Positions 11,061-22,570 of a stretch of DNA of 42,170 bases are shown one piece after another. The notes under the pieces are model-generated. The model made no database searches. It was not told the origin of the DNA and worked only from the letters and a program-made list of their open reading frames with translations. The DNA comes from Veleropilina oligotropha (Eukaryota). A program made the translations under genes and the position numbers. The stretch is from NCBI GenBank assembly GCA_048128005.1, contig JBEUKZ010000019.1:744001-786170 (forward strand), read 5' to 3'. How positions within the stretch are numbered: position 1 is the first letter of the stretch; every line of letters begins with the position of its first letter.

Positions 11061-13299
11061 TAGGGCCGTGACGGCTTCCCTCTCCCGCTCTGACGGGATT
11101 TAGTTGGAGGGCCTTTTTTCTCGCTGGACTTCCGGGCCGGAGGCCCACCCCGAGAAGGTCTGGCACGCTTGGAAGCTTTCGCGCCCCGAGTCGGGGCCGA
11201 ACGCTTCCTTGAGGGGGCAGGTTGAGTACCCCGAGGGGTAGTCAATACTGCGCGCTCAATCGCACGATCTTTCAGCTCGACGGCTCTCTTGTCGACGAAT
11301 TCGGTGAACTCGCCTCCGAAGAGAGTCGGGGCCGACAAGGGCACACATCGCAGAGAACGCCGGGTGGCGTCGTCTAACGATGTGCCCTCGAGGCAGGCGT
11401 CCCTACGAAGTAGGAGCGCATTGCCCAAGACACGCGCGGACTCCAACGCGTTGTTCTCCGTTGCGGCAGCAACCTCGTGGAGGAAGGACAGGGCGGTCTC
11501 GCGAGCGCCGGGTCGGTCCTCCTGTAGAACGGCTATCGCACCGTCCAGGAACGAGTCCTGAACAGACGACAGCCGCAGAGCTCGTCGGGCACAGCTCTCG
11601 AAGGCATCCATGGCGGCCCATGGTACCTTCGCTACCGAGGGAGCTTGACTGGCAGACAGACGACGCATCGCTACGTCAATCTGTGCTGGCTCAGCCACCA
11701 GGCACGGCTCAGAAAGCGCGATCGGCAACGGTCGCGAACTGGGCCGGAGGTATCGTCCTCTACGGAGGCCCCGAGGGAACTCCGTGAGAGAAGACGTCTC
11801 CACTGTCTTGCCTCCCTGAATGGCCCGGGTGGTCTGATCCAGAACCAGATCCACCAAGCCAGACTGGGGGAGTACGGGAAGCTGGGGAGCCTCCGACTCA
11901 GCAAAACGGTGTGCTGCCGTCCTGTGCTTGATCGTACCTACCGGCCGGGCCGGGTCGGGTAGATCTAGCACCCCGCGAAGCGACGCGACGGCGTCGTGTC
12001 TTCGGCGGGTGGCGGAGATCGGCTCCTGCAAGCCTGATTGACTACGAGAGTCATCGGGACCGACCGATTCAAGAAGATCGGAGCGATCGGAGGGGACGTC
12101 CTCGTCGGAACGAGGGTCGACCTCCATCACCGAGGCAGGAGCCGTGCTCTGGGCCACGAGCAGAGGAGCAGAGACCTGGGGCGGCTGAACAGCCGGCAGC
12201 CAGGCCCTACTGCGGGCCTCGAATTCCGCCGCAATCATTGCATGGACGCTCTCCATAGAGAGACCAACAGGCAAGACGGGCGTCGATCCAACAGCCAGTG
12301 GATCGCTCGAGGACATCGTGGCGCATGGTAGACGGGCTGCTGGGCCAGATTGATATGAGAACCAGGGTCTCACATCACCTGACGAGCGGTTACTCGCGGA
12401 GAACGGGCCAAAAGGCGTGTTAACCGGAGCTCGACTCCCGAAAGACTGCGGCCACAGTCCCGTGGGGGTCGCCGCTCTGTTCAGGGGGTAGACGGGGGAA
12501 GCTCCCGCGTACATACCCATCCCGAACGCAGCCGGTCCGTCCGCGCCAACTAGTCTGAGCCCAAAGGGGTCAGGGGAGTCGGCGGGCCCTCCGACAAGAC
12601 TGGGAGCTCCGAGGTGTAAGGACGAACCCTGGGGAGGGTCGGTCGCACCATCGGCCAGTGAGTCGGGTGTCGTTGGTGGTCCGGATCTTAAACCACCTTG
12701 GTGGTGTCCGGCAACTATTCCAACTTGCTCTGCCGTCAGCAGTATGCCGCTCGGCATACCGCTTGTGACAGAAGGACTAGCCGTCCCCTGCTCTTCCGAG
12801 GCCGGAAGAGAGGAAGGGGACCGCCTGCCCTGCTCAGCTGTTCGCTGTAAGGTCCGGTGTACCATGCTAGCCGGCATGGCAGTATTGGACGCAGCTACTA
12901 GGCCCGTGGTACGAGGAGACTGCACTCGGGCTCCGCTTACCTGGTCTTGAACCTGGGACGCCGGCGAGGTTTCCACGGTTTTCCCCAAAACCGTAGCGGT
13001 TTCGTCGGCGGGTCCTGCAACCTGCGATGCCCCAGTTCGCTGGTCGCCTCGCGTCCCAGAAACAGACGAATCAGAAATTAGCCCTGACTTACCCGTCGTC
13101 TGTTTCTCCGGGGGAAGCCCAACAGAGACGGACTCCCTGGTAGCCATCGTCCCTGGTGGGTAGATAAGTGCCCACTGCCGATCCGTTAAAAGTAGACATT
13201 TAGCACAGGGGTATCTCTTAGCACAACTACGGTGAATGCGACATACCGAATGCTTGTCGAAGCTGTGTATCTACACTCAGGCTCACTGCAACGGACCAT
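11060..13299 (-). pseudogene. Element 1 gag-like ORF with N-terminal Cys/His motif; frameshift near 13270
   Basis: ATG at 13299 gives MVRCSEPEC, then a 7-nt deletion relative to element 2 (MVRCSSSGCNQKIHAFD) shifts the frame; remainder open 13270-11060, basic C-terminus. Confidence 0.85.
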
Positions 13300-14164
13300 A
13301 GCTGTTACACGGGTAGGAAAGGTAGTGGGAAACCGGGAAATTTAGGGATATCCGGGTAGTACGCTACGTGTTAAACTACTACGCCTTATATAGGGGTCTC
13401 TAATCCGAGTATATAGGAAAAGACCGGATATTGACCCTAAATTGTTATGAATCACACTTCGGATTGTTTTTACACAACCGAAGAACAGACAAGTAACCCG
13501 ACTAGAATATAAACCAAGCCCGACGTACAAGCTTTATTAAAACGGCTTGTCGGACACTAACAAATTGAATGCAGGCGAATATATAGATAGTAGGAGGCTA
13601 TATATAGAAACAGCCGCCTTTAAACACCTGAAAACCTCGTGGATGTTGATTTCAATAGGTTAGAGCGTTGGCGAAATATCCCAGATTCGGCAGATAGGTG
13701 AAATAACGCACGTTAATACCTAAATATCTGCCTTGTTAGCGACGCTAAATTCGATTGAACAAAGTTACTAAGAATTTAAGCAAGATACGCCGCTAAGGAA
13801 TTATCTAATATATATATGAATTACAAGTAATTTCAAGCAATATTAGAACCCAAACACTTCCTGCTTTGAAAGGATTCGCCTATGCGAAGCTTTCCTGCTT
13901 GAAGAACGTTCCCTCCTGAGCGGCCCTCTTTAGATCTTTACATTGTAAATTCCAAGATGGCGGGCCGAAAACCTCGTGGCCAGAATCTCACAACTTTTAA
14001 AATTTGCTAACTCGGCCTAATACTCCGAACACAGTTAAAATACTTCTTCAGCTCATATATGAATATGAACGGCACAATATTGTGCGAAAGAAACTTGTTT
14101 AAAAGTAACTTCTTATAGTCTATGTTTTGACAAGACTGAAGCACGTCCGGACAGACTGACGGAA

Positions 14165-14371
14165 GACTTAAAAAAGGATACCAGATCTGTCTTGGTCTCT
14201 GAGGTCTCGCGAGACTTGGGCAGATCTCGTGGGAGGAACGCGAGAGAGGGGAGCAGGGGGGGTAAGCGTGTAAGTTTAAAAGAAAGTGAAACGCTTTTTC
14301 ACAGTTTCCAGTTTAGCGATAATAGGGCTATTATGGCATAGGTAATGACGTAGAGTATATTGCTACTAATA
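14165..14371. repeat. Element 1 5' (left) ITR
   Basis: Inverted copy of the ITR ending at 7136. Confidence 0.95.
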
Positions 14372-15086
14372 TAAGGTGTATGTAATATGCATGTGCAGAA
14401 TTACTTCAGAATACATGTTATTTAATTTTCTCTTGGTAATAGCGATTCCACTTCGCATTATTCCAATGTAAATATGTCACCAGAATCTGCCAAGTGGTTT
14501 TCTTAACATTCCTTTGTTTTCCTGTAAAATTTGTTTTTCAAGCATGATTTATGCCAAAACTCAATATCTGCCAATCGCAATATATTTGAAACAATTATAT
14601 TTCAACATAAAACAGTGTCAATGTTAATAGCTATATAGGATATTACCATAACGTTAAAATGGCCGGGCCGTTTTATCATGGGGGTTGATCTAACATGCTA
14701 TGGGGGGGGGGTCATTTTAACATAATGTGGGTCATTTTATGGCTATGGTAAAGTGACCCGCGGGGCACCTGACCCTGGGGATCATAATACCATCTGACAG
14801 ATGTCGACTCCTAAACTCTTGATACTAGAAGTTTTTATTTTCACGTAGTATATTCATAACATTACAAGAAAGGCTCATGGCAAATTAGAAACAAACACCT
14901 GACATTTTTATGAGAAATTTACGAATAAAACATTAAGAAGCAAAATGTATTGGCATTTGCCGAATATCTTCAAAATTTCATAAGGAAGAGTTCAATATGC
15001 AAAATTATAAAAATGTTTGATGACATTATCCGACAAATAATTCTACGCTATATATTTATTTTTTTAATACATATACGATGACTCAC

Positions 15087-15243
15087 CAATGCTATATTGG
15101 TAGACTTCTATTGGTCGATTGTACAGCTCACATATCGCTTGCATTTCCACATGGTTTCCGTGACAATTATCCATCCGTTTTCGATTTAAATACGTAGTAA
15201 ATTCCTCAGTAACATACTGTGAAAAGTAGTCTGTGTTTTTAGC
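15087..15243 (-). CDS. OTUD5: OTUD5 coding exon 4
   Basis: gttgtag|[52 protein letters not shown]+G|gtgagt; 157 nt. Confidence 0.95.
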
Positions 15244-15517
15244 CTACAACGGAAACAAACCATGCGAGGTCAAAAATAAATACAAAATATGCTTTCCAAA
15301 TTTACTTGCTAACAGGTTATAGGCCAACAGGGAATGTCTAAGATGCACCTTGGGTTCTGAGAGGGCAAAATTAGACTGTACACATGTAATCTCATCTTTT
15401 TCTTCAATTGCAAAAGTGAGAGGGATAACCCCAAGAGTTTTTCATCGAGGGGTTCACCCCCTTATCCCCCCAATTGGAAAAATCTTGTTTACCATTACCT
15501 TCTCCAGGTCTACTCAC

Positions 15518-15582
15518 CATGTAATCCACACAACGATTCCGGACGATTCCATGCATCTCCTGGTCTCCGTATATCTGATCCG
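15518..15582 (-). CDS. OTUD5: OTUD5 coding exon 3
   Basis: ttcgcag|(A)DQIYGDQEMHGIVRNRCVDYM|gtgagt; 65 nt; phase matches flanking exons. Confidence 0.95.
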
Positions 15583-15706
15583 CTGCGAAAGAAGATGACA
15601 CAGTTACCTGTATTCTAATTTGTCAGTAAAAAATCAGTTTTTAAAATAGTGAACATTTCAGTAAATTGACATTGTTACATAAATTGAAAAACAGGTTTTG
15701 CTTTTG

Positions 15707-15940
15707 GTTGGGCTCCATGTCCTGTTTTGTCGTTGGGCTCCATGTCCTGTTTTGTCGTTGGGCTCCATGTCCTGTTTTGACGTTGGGCTCCATGTCCTGT
15801 TTTGACGTTGGGCTCCATGTCCTGTTTTGACGTTGGGCTCCATGTCCTGTTTTGACGTTGGGCTCCATGTCCTGTTTTGACGTTGGGCTCCATGTCCTGT
15901 TTTGACGTTGGGCTCCATGTCCTGTTTTGTCGTTGGGCTC
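15707..15940. repeat. 25-bp minisatellite (~9 copies, gttgggctccatgtcctgttttgac)
   Basis: Directly visible; sits at the 3' end of a minus-strand SINE. Confidence 0.95.
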
Positions 15941-16270
15941 GTACCAGGACATGTCCATATTATCATGAGATGCAAGCCCAGTTTCCTGGGAAAGTGCGCT
16001 CTCTTCAACACTTTTGGACTATGACTGGTAAAAAAGTTGAAAGAACGCCCTTGTACCAACCGAAGAGGGCGGGTTTACCCGGCGACCGGGGTTTCCTCCC
16101 GCGATAACACAGACATGTCCTGCCTTGAACCTCGATGTTATAAATATACAGGACATTAAGCATAATTCCTCCTCCTCCTTGTACCAACCGAGGTTCGAAC
16201 GCACGCCTGTTAGAATGTAGATAGATAGTCAAGTGAGTGAATTCAGAACGACTTGGCTACCGAAGCGGAC
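15941..16270 (-). mobile_element. tRNA-derived SINE containing a nested, oppositely oriented 5'-truncated SINE (16064-16178)
   Basis: Head gtccgcttcggtagccaagtcg...gttcgaacc (A/B-box-like) at 16270-16192; inner copy ends in (cct)n and is flanked by the 15-bp direct repeat ccttgtaccaaccga; inner copy nearly identical to 28855-28970. Confidence 0.75.
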
Positions 16271-16297
16271 GAATGACAGAATGAGATTACATCTTAC

Positions 16298-16391
16298 CTA
16301 TTGCTCTGAACAAGCACGCTCCGTCTTCACCCATCTTTTTAATGGTGAAACCCCGTTTTTCTTTTAATGTCTTGATAAACCATAACTCCAA
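16298..16391 (-). CDS. OTUD5: OTUD5 coding exon 2 (catalytic Cys, DGACLFRA)
   Basis: tttttag|[31 protein letters not shown]+G|gtaaga; 94 nt; OTU Cys box. Confidence 0.95.
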
Positions 16392-17709
16392 CTAAAAAAT
16401 ATACGAATTATGCATTGAAAGAATTGTTTTGAGTCAATATCACAGTGTCACCGATATTCAGGTGAATAAAAAACACCCCTTTTTGTGACTTACCAAAATA
16501 GACACTAAATTGTAGAAAAGGATAGTTGAAAATATTAGGCCAGTCATATATGAAAATATGCTCAACATCAAAGAAATTGCAACATAATTTATTCTGGTAT
16601 TATTTGATTAAGGGATACCATACAAATAACATATTAACAGTATCAAGGTGTGGGACATGGGAAAAATAAAAATTGGTATTTTCTGATGCATGTACTTGGG
16701 TTTTTTTTTAAAAAGGGGGTAGGGGTCATACCTGTCATTTCTACCTATATCGTCGGTAGTTTACCGACGATAGCCTATTTTTTAATTTGCCGATCGGCAG
16801 ATACCAAAACACTAATATCTACCGACATGCGGAAATGTTCTCGATATAATAATTTTAACTTAATTTGTCATCGGTAGTTTCTATATCCTTTTTAGGCTTT
16901 ATGAAACTTTCCAGTCACTGATCATTCATCTTTAAACATTATTTAATTAAGCTGCATTGATTACCACTTGGATTCAATTGTGCCGATAACATTGGATGCC
17001 AACACGCAACAATGAACAGGCTTGTGAAAGTTGACCCATAGGGTGAATAGCTTGGATGATAAGCAGATGTTTGTCCCAAAAGTAATACCAGATGATGATT
17101 AAAAGAAAGTAACGGTTAAAGCAAAATAGGGTTTAATATAGTATATATGACTTCGGTAATATAATCATGATAATTGAAACTTATTGCAGGATGTTATGTT
17201 TTAAAATGAGAACCTACCGTACCCTCATTTGGTATAGTCCATTAAAAAACGAAAGTTGGCAAATCCTTATTTTATTGCATGCTTGGTTGGCATGCAGGAT
17301 AAATATTAAAAATGACATATAACATATAAAAGAAGGGAAAAAAGTAAAATTGAATCTTTGAAATTAAATAAGCAAGCTGAGAATGTGACTTTCAGTGTTA
17401 CAAAGGGAGATAATTGTGTGTCAAATTTTCTACATAGTACCTATAGTTAGTTTCAAAATAGCATTACATTTGAGGAAATGAAATAAATTAAATTGATTAA
17501 TACACATGTACACAGTCGTCTCCTCATTAATTAGTCGAGGAAAAAATCTACCTATGGGACAATGTCAAATGTTGACAGGTATGGTAGGGGTGAATTTTCA
17601 TTATATATATATTTGATTAAATAGCATACACTAATATGTGTGATAAAAAAAAAAATACAAGTCAAACTTTTCAGCAATGTAATGTGTTTTTTATGTTTTT
17701 TATTTTACA

Positions 17710-18050
17710 TTATCAAATGGTCCGTGTGTACATACATATATACTTATATACTTATATACTTATATATATATATATATATATATCCGTCGATTTATTTGAA
17801 AACTACTGCCTCAATTTTCACCAAAATTGGTACACACACTCCCAAGAGTATTTGTAGGTCGTGTATATAACTTTCGCGACACAATTTTGCAAAAATATGC
17901 ATTTATTGAGCACTTTTATCCATATTTGTATATAACGGATGTCTAATATTGCAAGCAAATGGCAATGACGTCATTACGACGTCGCCTTAGATTAATCGTC
18001 ATTTGGTGACGTCACAATCGACGGGGTAGTAAATTAAGCCATGAAGTACT
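17710..18050 (+). repeat. Dispersed (TA)n-containing repeat, HINE/Helentron-associated-like; second copy inverted at ~40720-41235
   Basis: Shared tatatccgtcgatttatttgaaaactac...caccaaaattggta...gcaaat(a/g)gcaatgacg in both places. Confidence 0.7.
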
Positions 18051-18658
18051 TGCACTTAGCCATTGTATTAACTGTTATGAAAATTTGAGGGAAATAAAGA
18101 AAGGTCAAGACATATTTCGAACGCGTCGTTCTTGTTTTATATGTAGTAGTCTATGATGTCACAATGCAACTATAATTATCTCCCCTTGCTAAATTTAACA
18201 CTCATTTTACATATTAATTTTGTTATTAACTTCCGTTCTGGTAACATTTACACTATAAATCATAACATTGTTATTAATATTATGTTATATTTAAGCAATA
18301 AAACACTTTTTTCTGAATATATTACAAGTGTATACTACTATTTGATATATGCGCAATATGAGGTTTTAATGTAAACCTAATATTAGTATAAAACATACTT
18401 ACGTCCTTACTCTTGCCATAATAGTATATTATCGCCCAAACCGGAAATGGTGAATATGTCCCATAATGCACCGTTAATAAGCCAAAAAAGCACACGGTTA
18501 CCTCCCCTGCTCCTATCCCATCACGTTCCTTAGTGAGACTTCGCCAAGTCTCGCGAGACTTCTGAACAATAGAAGTCCTAAGACCTCAATTCAAAGTTCA
18601 AAAACCCCAAAGGAACGTAGTAGAGGGGAGGAATGCGAAACGCAGGGTGGGTAATCGT

Positions 18659-18749
18659 GTAAGGACGTAAGTATGTTTTATACTAATATTAGGTTTACAT
18701 TAAAACCTCATATATAGTTACAAACATACTTACGTCCTTACTCTTGCCA
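18659..18749. repeat. Element 2 ICR
   Basis: First half complementary to 18356-18410, second half to 25779-25819. Confidence 0.95.
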
Positions 18750-19585
18750 GAATAACCTTGGATAGGTGGGTAAGACGTTCCTTACAACAAACCCAAACAA
18801 GATAATGACTTACTTTTCACCAATTCGATCAGCATGAAGCGTCGAGTGTGTCCGCCTAGAGTGGAATTTTTACTGAGTATTATATTCTACTCTTACCAGG
18901 CGAGAATTTCGACCAGTGTTACCGGGAGAATACGCCGTGGTGTTAGTCGGACGAGGTGAACGGAAGTGCAATCAGCCCCTGGCACGGCCGGAAGGATAAA
19001 TCCCTGTAGGTCTTACGTGTCATGGACCAGTGGCAGCCAAATGGGACTCCGGGCCTATAGGCCGGTAGCCAGAGGATGCAGTCGGATTTGTAAGCACACG
19101 GAACCTAACAGGTTGTGAAAGCTTTAAAATCAAAAGCAAAGAATTAATAGATTATTATAATAATCGATATTAATAAGTAGTTCGCATGACCAACTTGCGA
19201 ACGCTAACATGGACGACATGTCACTTAAAATAAATTTTAAGGAAGCAAAAATGTTCGACATGTTACTTAAAAATAAATGTTAAGGAATCAACATTTTAAA
19301 ATGTATTGAACATCGTATGTTCGATTACAGCGAAGAACATAATAATATTGAACCCTAATCTTTTTAAGATTTGTGCAAAATTATCAAAGTTGTTTTATTA
19401 AATTCAATGTGATCTGGCTTATGTCAACACTCAGGTCTGACATGAGAAGTACAAAATCTTAAATTAGATTTAAGAAATGAACAGACATTGAACTGCCCCA
19501 TAGGTGTTAATTACATAGCACCGTTTGGCCAACAAAAATAAAATGGCGTCAGTAAATATGCAAATGATCAATCAGAGAACAATAC

Positions 19586-22570
19586 TTACTGATTAGAAGA
19601 CCTCGGTCTAACAATAACCCTTTGTGCAGCAACACAGTGTAAACTGCTTAGGCCATCAGCCCCGGTTGAGTAGTCGCGCAGATAATGTTTGACAAACACG
19701 TTAGCGTTTTTCCAATATCCGGCCTGTAGTAACGCATTGATATTTAAATTATGTCGGAAGGCTACAGACGCTGCAATAGCCCGGACCTCATGTGCGCGTA
19801 CCGATAAAATAGTTCGGTCTTCGTTGTCACAGCGGATGTATACATCTCTCACTGTCTGTGAAATCCACCGCGAAACAGTAGTCCTCGTAATGTCGCGGGT
19901 GTAGGTGGGCAAATACGATATGAATAAACGTAATTTTCCCTGTCGCAACTCACGGGTTCTGTCTAGGTAGAACCGAAGCGCCCGGACCGGGCAATTGAAG
20001 CGGTCTGCGTCGCGCCTTCCGACTAGCGTTAGCTTGGGAATAACAACATCGGGTGCGTCCTCGTTCGGCCGCTGGTTCTTGGCTAAGAAGCCCAGAATGG
20101 GACGCAGTATCACCGACCCGTCTGACTGGAATCGTATGTCTCTTAGCTCGGAGGAGAAAGCATGAATCTCGGAACAACGCCTGCCCGACGCTAAGGCGAT
20201 CAGAAAAACTGTTTTGTGCGTCAAGTTCCTCATGGTTATCTCGGACATCGGCTCATACGGGGGTAAGAGTAATGCGTTAAGAATAAGTACGATATTCCAG
20301 GCAGGTGGCTTAATTCTTCGGGTCGGTATCTCGAGTTCATAAGATCGTATAAAATCTGATATCGTTCGGTCGCTTGATAGGCCAGCATGGGCACGACACT
20401 GCTTTAGCGTGGTCGCGATCGTTGCCCGATAGCCTTTGACGGCGGACACTGACATACCGCGGTCGAAGAGCGACGATAAAAACTCGATAAACTTGTTCAC
20501 AGGGGGACGGAGTATATTGATCTGCCTGCTGTGACACCAATCCACGTACTTAACCCATCGGTAGTCATAGACTTTTGTAGTGGAAATCCTTCTCGATCGG
20601 TAGATACGTAAGGCTGTAGCTTTAGAAAATCCTTTCTTAGCAAGGGATCGTTCGATAACCGCCAGGCGTGTAAACGTAATTGGTTCGGCGACTCGTGGAG
20701 TACACGGGTGCGTGGTTGCATTAACAGGTCTAGTTTCTGCGGTAACGCTAACGGTCGATCGACGATCAGATCGAGGAGGGTCGGAAACCAAGGTTGCGTG
20801 CGATACAGGGGCGCTATTAGCGTTATCTCGCAACGTTCGGTCGCTGCCTTCTGTAATACCAGTGATAGAATGCACGTCGGGGGGAAGGCATACGCGGACA
20901 GATTCTCCCATGTCATTGACATTGCGTCGACCGCCAGGGCGGCCGGGTCTGGGTACGGGGAGACATACAGAGGTAGTCGGTAATTGAATTCTGTTGCAAA
21001 CAAGTCGACTTGGGGTTGCGACCACCGGCGGCAAACCTCCCGAGCTACTCGGCTGTGTAGCGTCCACTCTGTGTGTATAATCTGTGATCTCCGAGAGAGC
21101 GAATCCGCTCTGACATTCAGCTTTCCCGGGATGTGTCGGGCTCGAATCGTCGAGTTGAGGGACATCACTAAGCGTTGTAGGTCTATTGCTCGGTCGCATA
21201 GGGGACGCGAGCGTGTACCGCCCTGGTGCTGTATGTAAGCGACGACAGTCGTGTTGTCCGTGGCGAGCATTATATGCTTGTTGCGGATATGTGACGAGAG
21301 GGACCGTACTGACAGGTAGACGGCTTCTAACTCTAGGAAGTTGATATGTCGTCCCTGAAGGTCTGTCGGCCATAGGCCTGATGTCTCGTAACTGTCGAGG
21401 TGACCACCCCAGCCGTCGTTCGAAGCGTCTGTGAACAGGTAAGCGTTCGGCTCTGGTGGGGATATAGGAACCGACTGGTCCGGCAAAGCGGGGTTCAACC
21501 ACACTGCTGTCGTGTCGGTAAACCAATGCCGTAGATCGATGCGATCCTTCCACTGCCCCGTCCGTTGTATCCAGCGATCCCTGAAAGCCTGTTGTAACGG
21601 TCTTTTGTCCATGCGACCCGTCGGTAGCAGGGGCGCTACCGACTCGATGTGCCCCAGGACAGTGGCCAGTTGTCGCGCCGTAGTTATGTCCGATGACAGG
21701 GTGTCTTGGATAACCGCGCGTAGGTTCCGCATACGCTTCTGGGTCGGCTTCGCGGTGTACCGGACCGTATCGAAGTCGACTCCGAGGAACGTAAACGTCG
21801 TCGAGGGCACGAAGCAGGATTTTGTCTCGTTGATCTGAAATCCCAGGCGCTTCGTCGATGACAGGGTAAAGCTCGTAGACCGGAGGCACAGATCTCGGGA
21901 CGCCCCGAGGATCAGCCAGTCGTCGAGGTACATATGTACCCTGTGCCCTAGAGAGTGTAGGAAGGCCCCCAGGGCCTGTACTGTTCTCGTGAAGACGTAC
22001 GGGGCTGACGATAGACCGAACGGTAGGCACCTGAATTGGTAGATCGTCTCCCCGTGTATAAACCGAAGGTACTGATGAGCCGTGATATGCATCGGGACAT
22101 GCAGATACGCGTCGGCGAGATCGATAGACGCTGCCCAGTCGCCCGGACGGATGGCCGCTCGAATCTTCGAGAGGGTTTCTTGCTGGAATTTCTCGGTACG
22201 AAGATATAGGTTTAGGTACGAGAGATCGAGGATCGGTCTCCAGCGGCCATCGGGTTTCGGGACCAGGAAGAAATGGCTGTAAAATCCTGGTGTGCTGGGC
22301 GGCGCGGGATATATCGCTCTTTTTAGGAGCAAATCCCGCACTGCCTGGTCTAAGACCGCTTGTTTCTCTCCGTTTAGGAGGCGAGCGTGTCTTGTTGGTG
22401 GTGCCTCGGTTAAGGTCGGATGCCGGTTGAATGCCAACTTGTATCCGGCACTCACGACTAAGTGGACCCAGTTGCTGTCTGTCAGCTCTAGCCAGGGCTG
22501 GCTGTGTGCTAACAGGCACGCTCCCACCGGCGGGAGCGGGCAACTGGGGCCGTCGCGAATGCCGGCAGCC
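19586..22570 (-). CDS. Element 2 long frame ending in tyrosine recombinase; in frame with gag
   Basis: Stop-free from just after gag TAG (22571-22573) to 19586; SGRRCSEI, AHEVRA, YW...FVKHY. Confidence 0.88.
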   Translation of the reverse strand, partial: GCRHSRRPQLPAPAGGSVPVSTQPALARADRQQLGPLSRECRIQVGIQPASDLNRGTTNKTRSPPKRRETSGLRPGSAGFAPKKSDISRAAQHTRILQPFLPGPETRWPLETDPRSLVPKPISSYREIPARNPLEDSSGHPSGRLGSVYRSRRRVSACPDAYHGSSVPSVYTRGDDLPIQVPTVRSIVSPVRLHENSTGPGGLPTLSRAQGTYVPRRLADPRGVPRSVPPVYELYPVIDEAPGISDQRDKILLRALDDVYVPRSRLRYGPVHREADPEAYAEPTRGYPRHPVIGHNYGATTGHCPGAHRVGSAPATDGSHGQKTVTTGFQGSLDTTDGAVEGSHRSTALVYRHDSSVVEPRFAGPVGSYIPTRAERLPVHRRFERRLGWSPRQLRDIRPMADRPSGTTYQLPRVRSRLPVSTVPLVTYPQQAYNARHGQHDCRRLHTAPGRYTLASPMRPSNRPTTLSDVPQLDDSSPTHPGKAECQSGFALSEITDYTHRVDATQPSSSGGLPPVVATPSRLVCNRIQLPTTSVCLPVPRPGRPGGRRNVNDMGESVRVCLPPDVHSITGITEGSDRTLRDNANSAPVSHATLVSDPPRSDRRSTVSVTAETRPVNATTHPCTPRVAEPITFTRLAVIERSLAKKGFSKATALRIYRSRRISTTKVYDYRWVKYVDWCHSRQINILRPPVNKFIEFLSSLFDRGMSVSAVKGYRATIATTLKQCRAHAGLSSDRTISDFIRSYELEIPTRRIKPPAWNIVLILNALLLPPYEPMSEITMRNLTHKTVFLIALASGRRCSEIHAFSSELRDIRFQSDGSVILRPILGFLAKNQRPNEDAPDVVIPKLTLVGRRDADRFNCPVRALRFYLDRTRELRQGKLRLFISYLPTYTRDITRTTVSRWISQTVRDVYIRCDNEDRTILSVRAHEVRAIAASVAFRHNLNINALLQAGYWKNANVFVKHYLRDYSTGADGLSSLHCVAAQRVIVRPRSSNQ

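Larger units (their letters stand above)
6908..14371 (-). mobile_element. DIRS1-like tyrosine recombinase retrotransposon, element 1 (full length, defective)
   Basis: ITRs (~6945-7136 and 14165-14371), ICR at 7213-7301 complementary to both outer ends, gag, RT/RH/MT and YR frames on the minus strand. Confidence 0.97.
5746..14799. mobile_element. Non-autonomous TIR DNA element (TGT...ACA ends, Ginger-like?) interrupted by DIRS element 1
   Basis: Imperfect inverted ends tgtcatatgacattttgacccc (5746) / ggggatcataataccatctgaca (14799); inverted subterminal motif cccgcgggtcactttac / gtaaagtgacccgcggg; no clean TSD. Confidence 0.6.

Noticed and set aside
8110..11166. Novel 1018-aa RT-recombinase fusion protein
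   Set aside because: Created by a 38-bp deletion at ~9826 that removes the RNase H LELEA segment and shifts frame; element 2 has the ancestral separate frames.
8271..12950. Numerous short antisense and alternate-frame ORFs inside DIRS element 1 (and equivalents in element 2)
   Set aside because: Expected shadows of GC-rich dual-coding sequence; no recognisable domains.
15641..16059. Repetitive ORFs (MEPNVKTGHGAQ...)
   Set aside because: Translations of the 25-bp minisatellite in intron 2.
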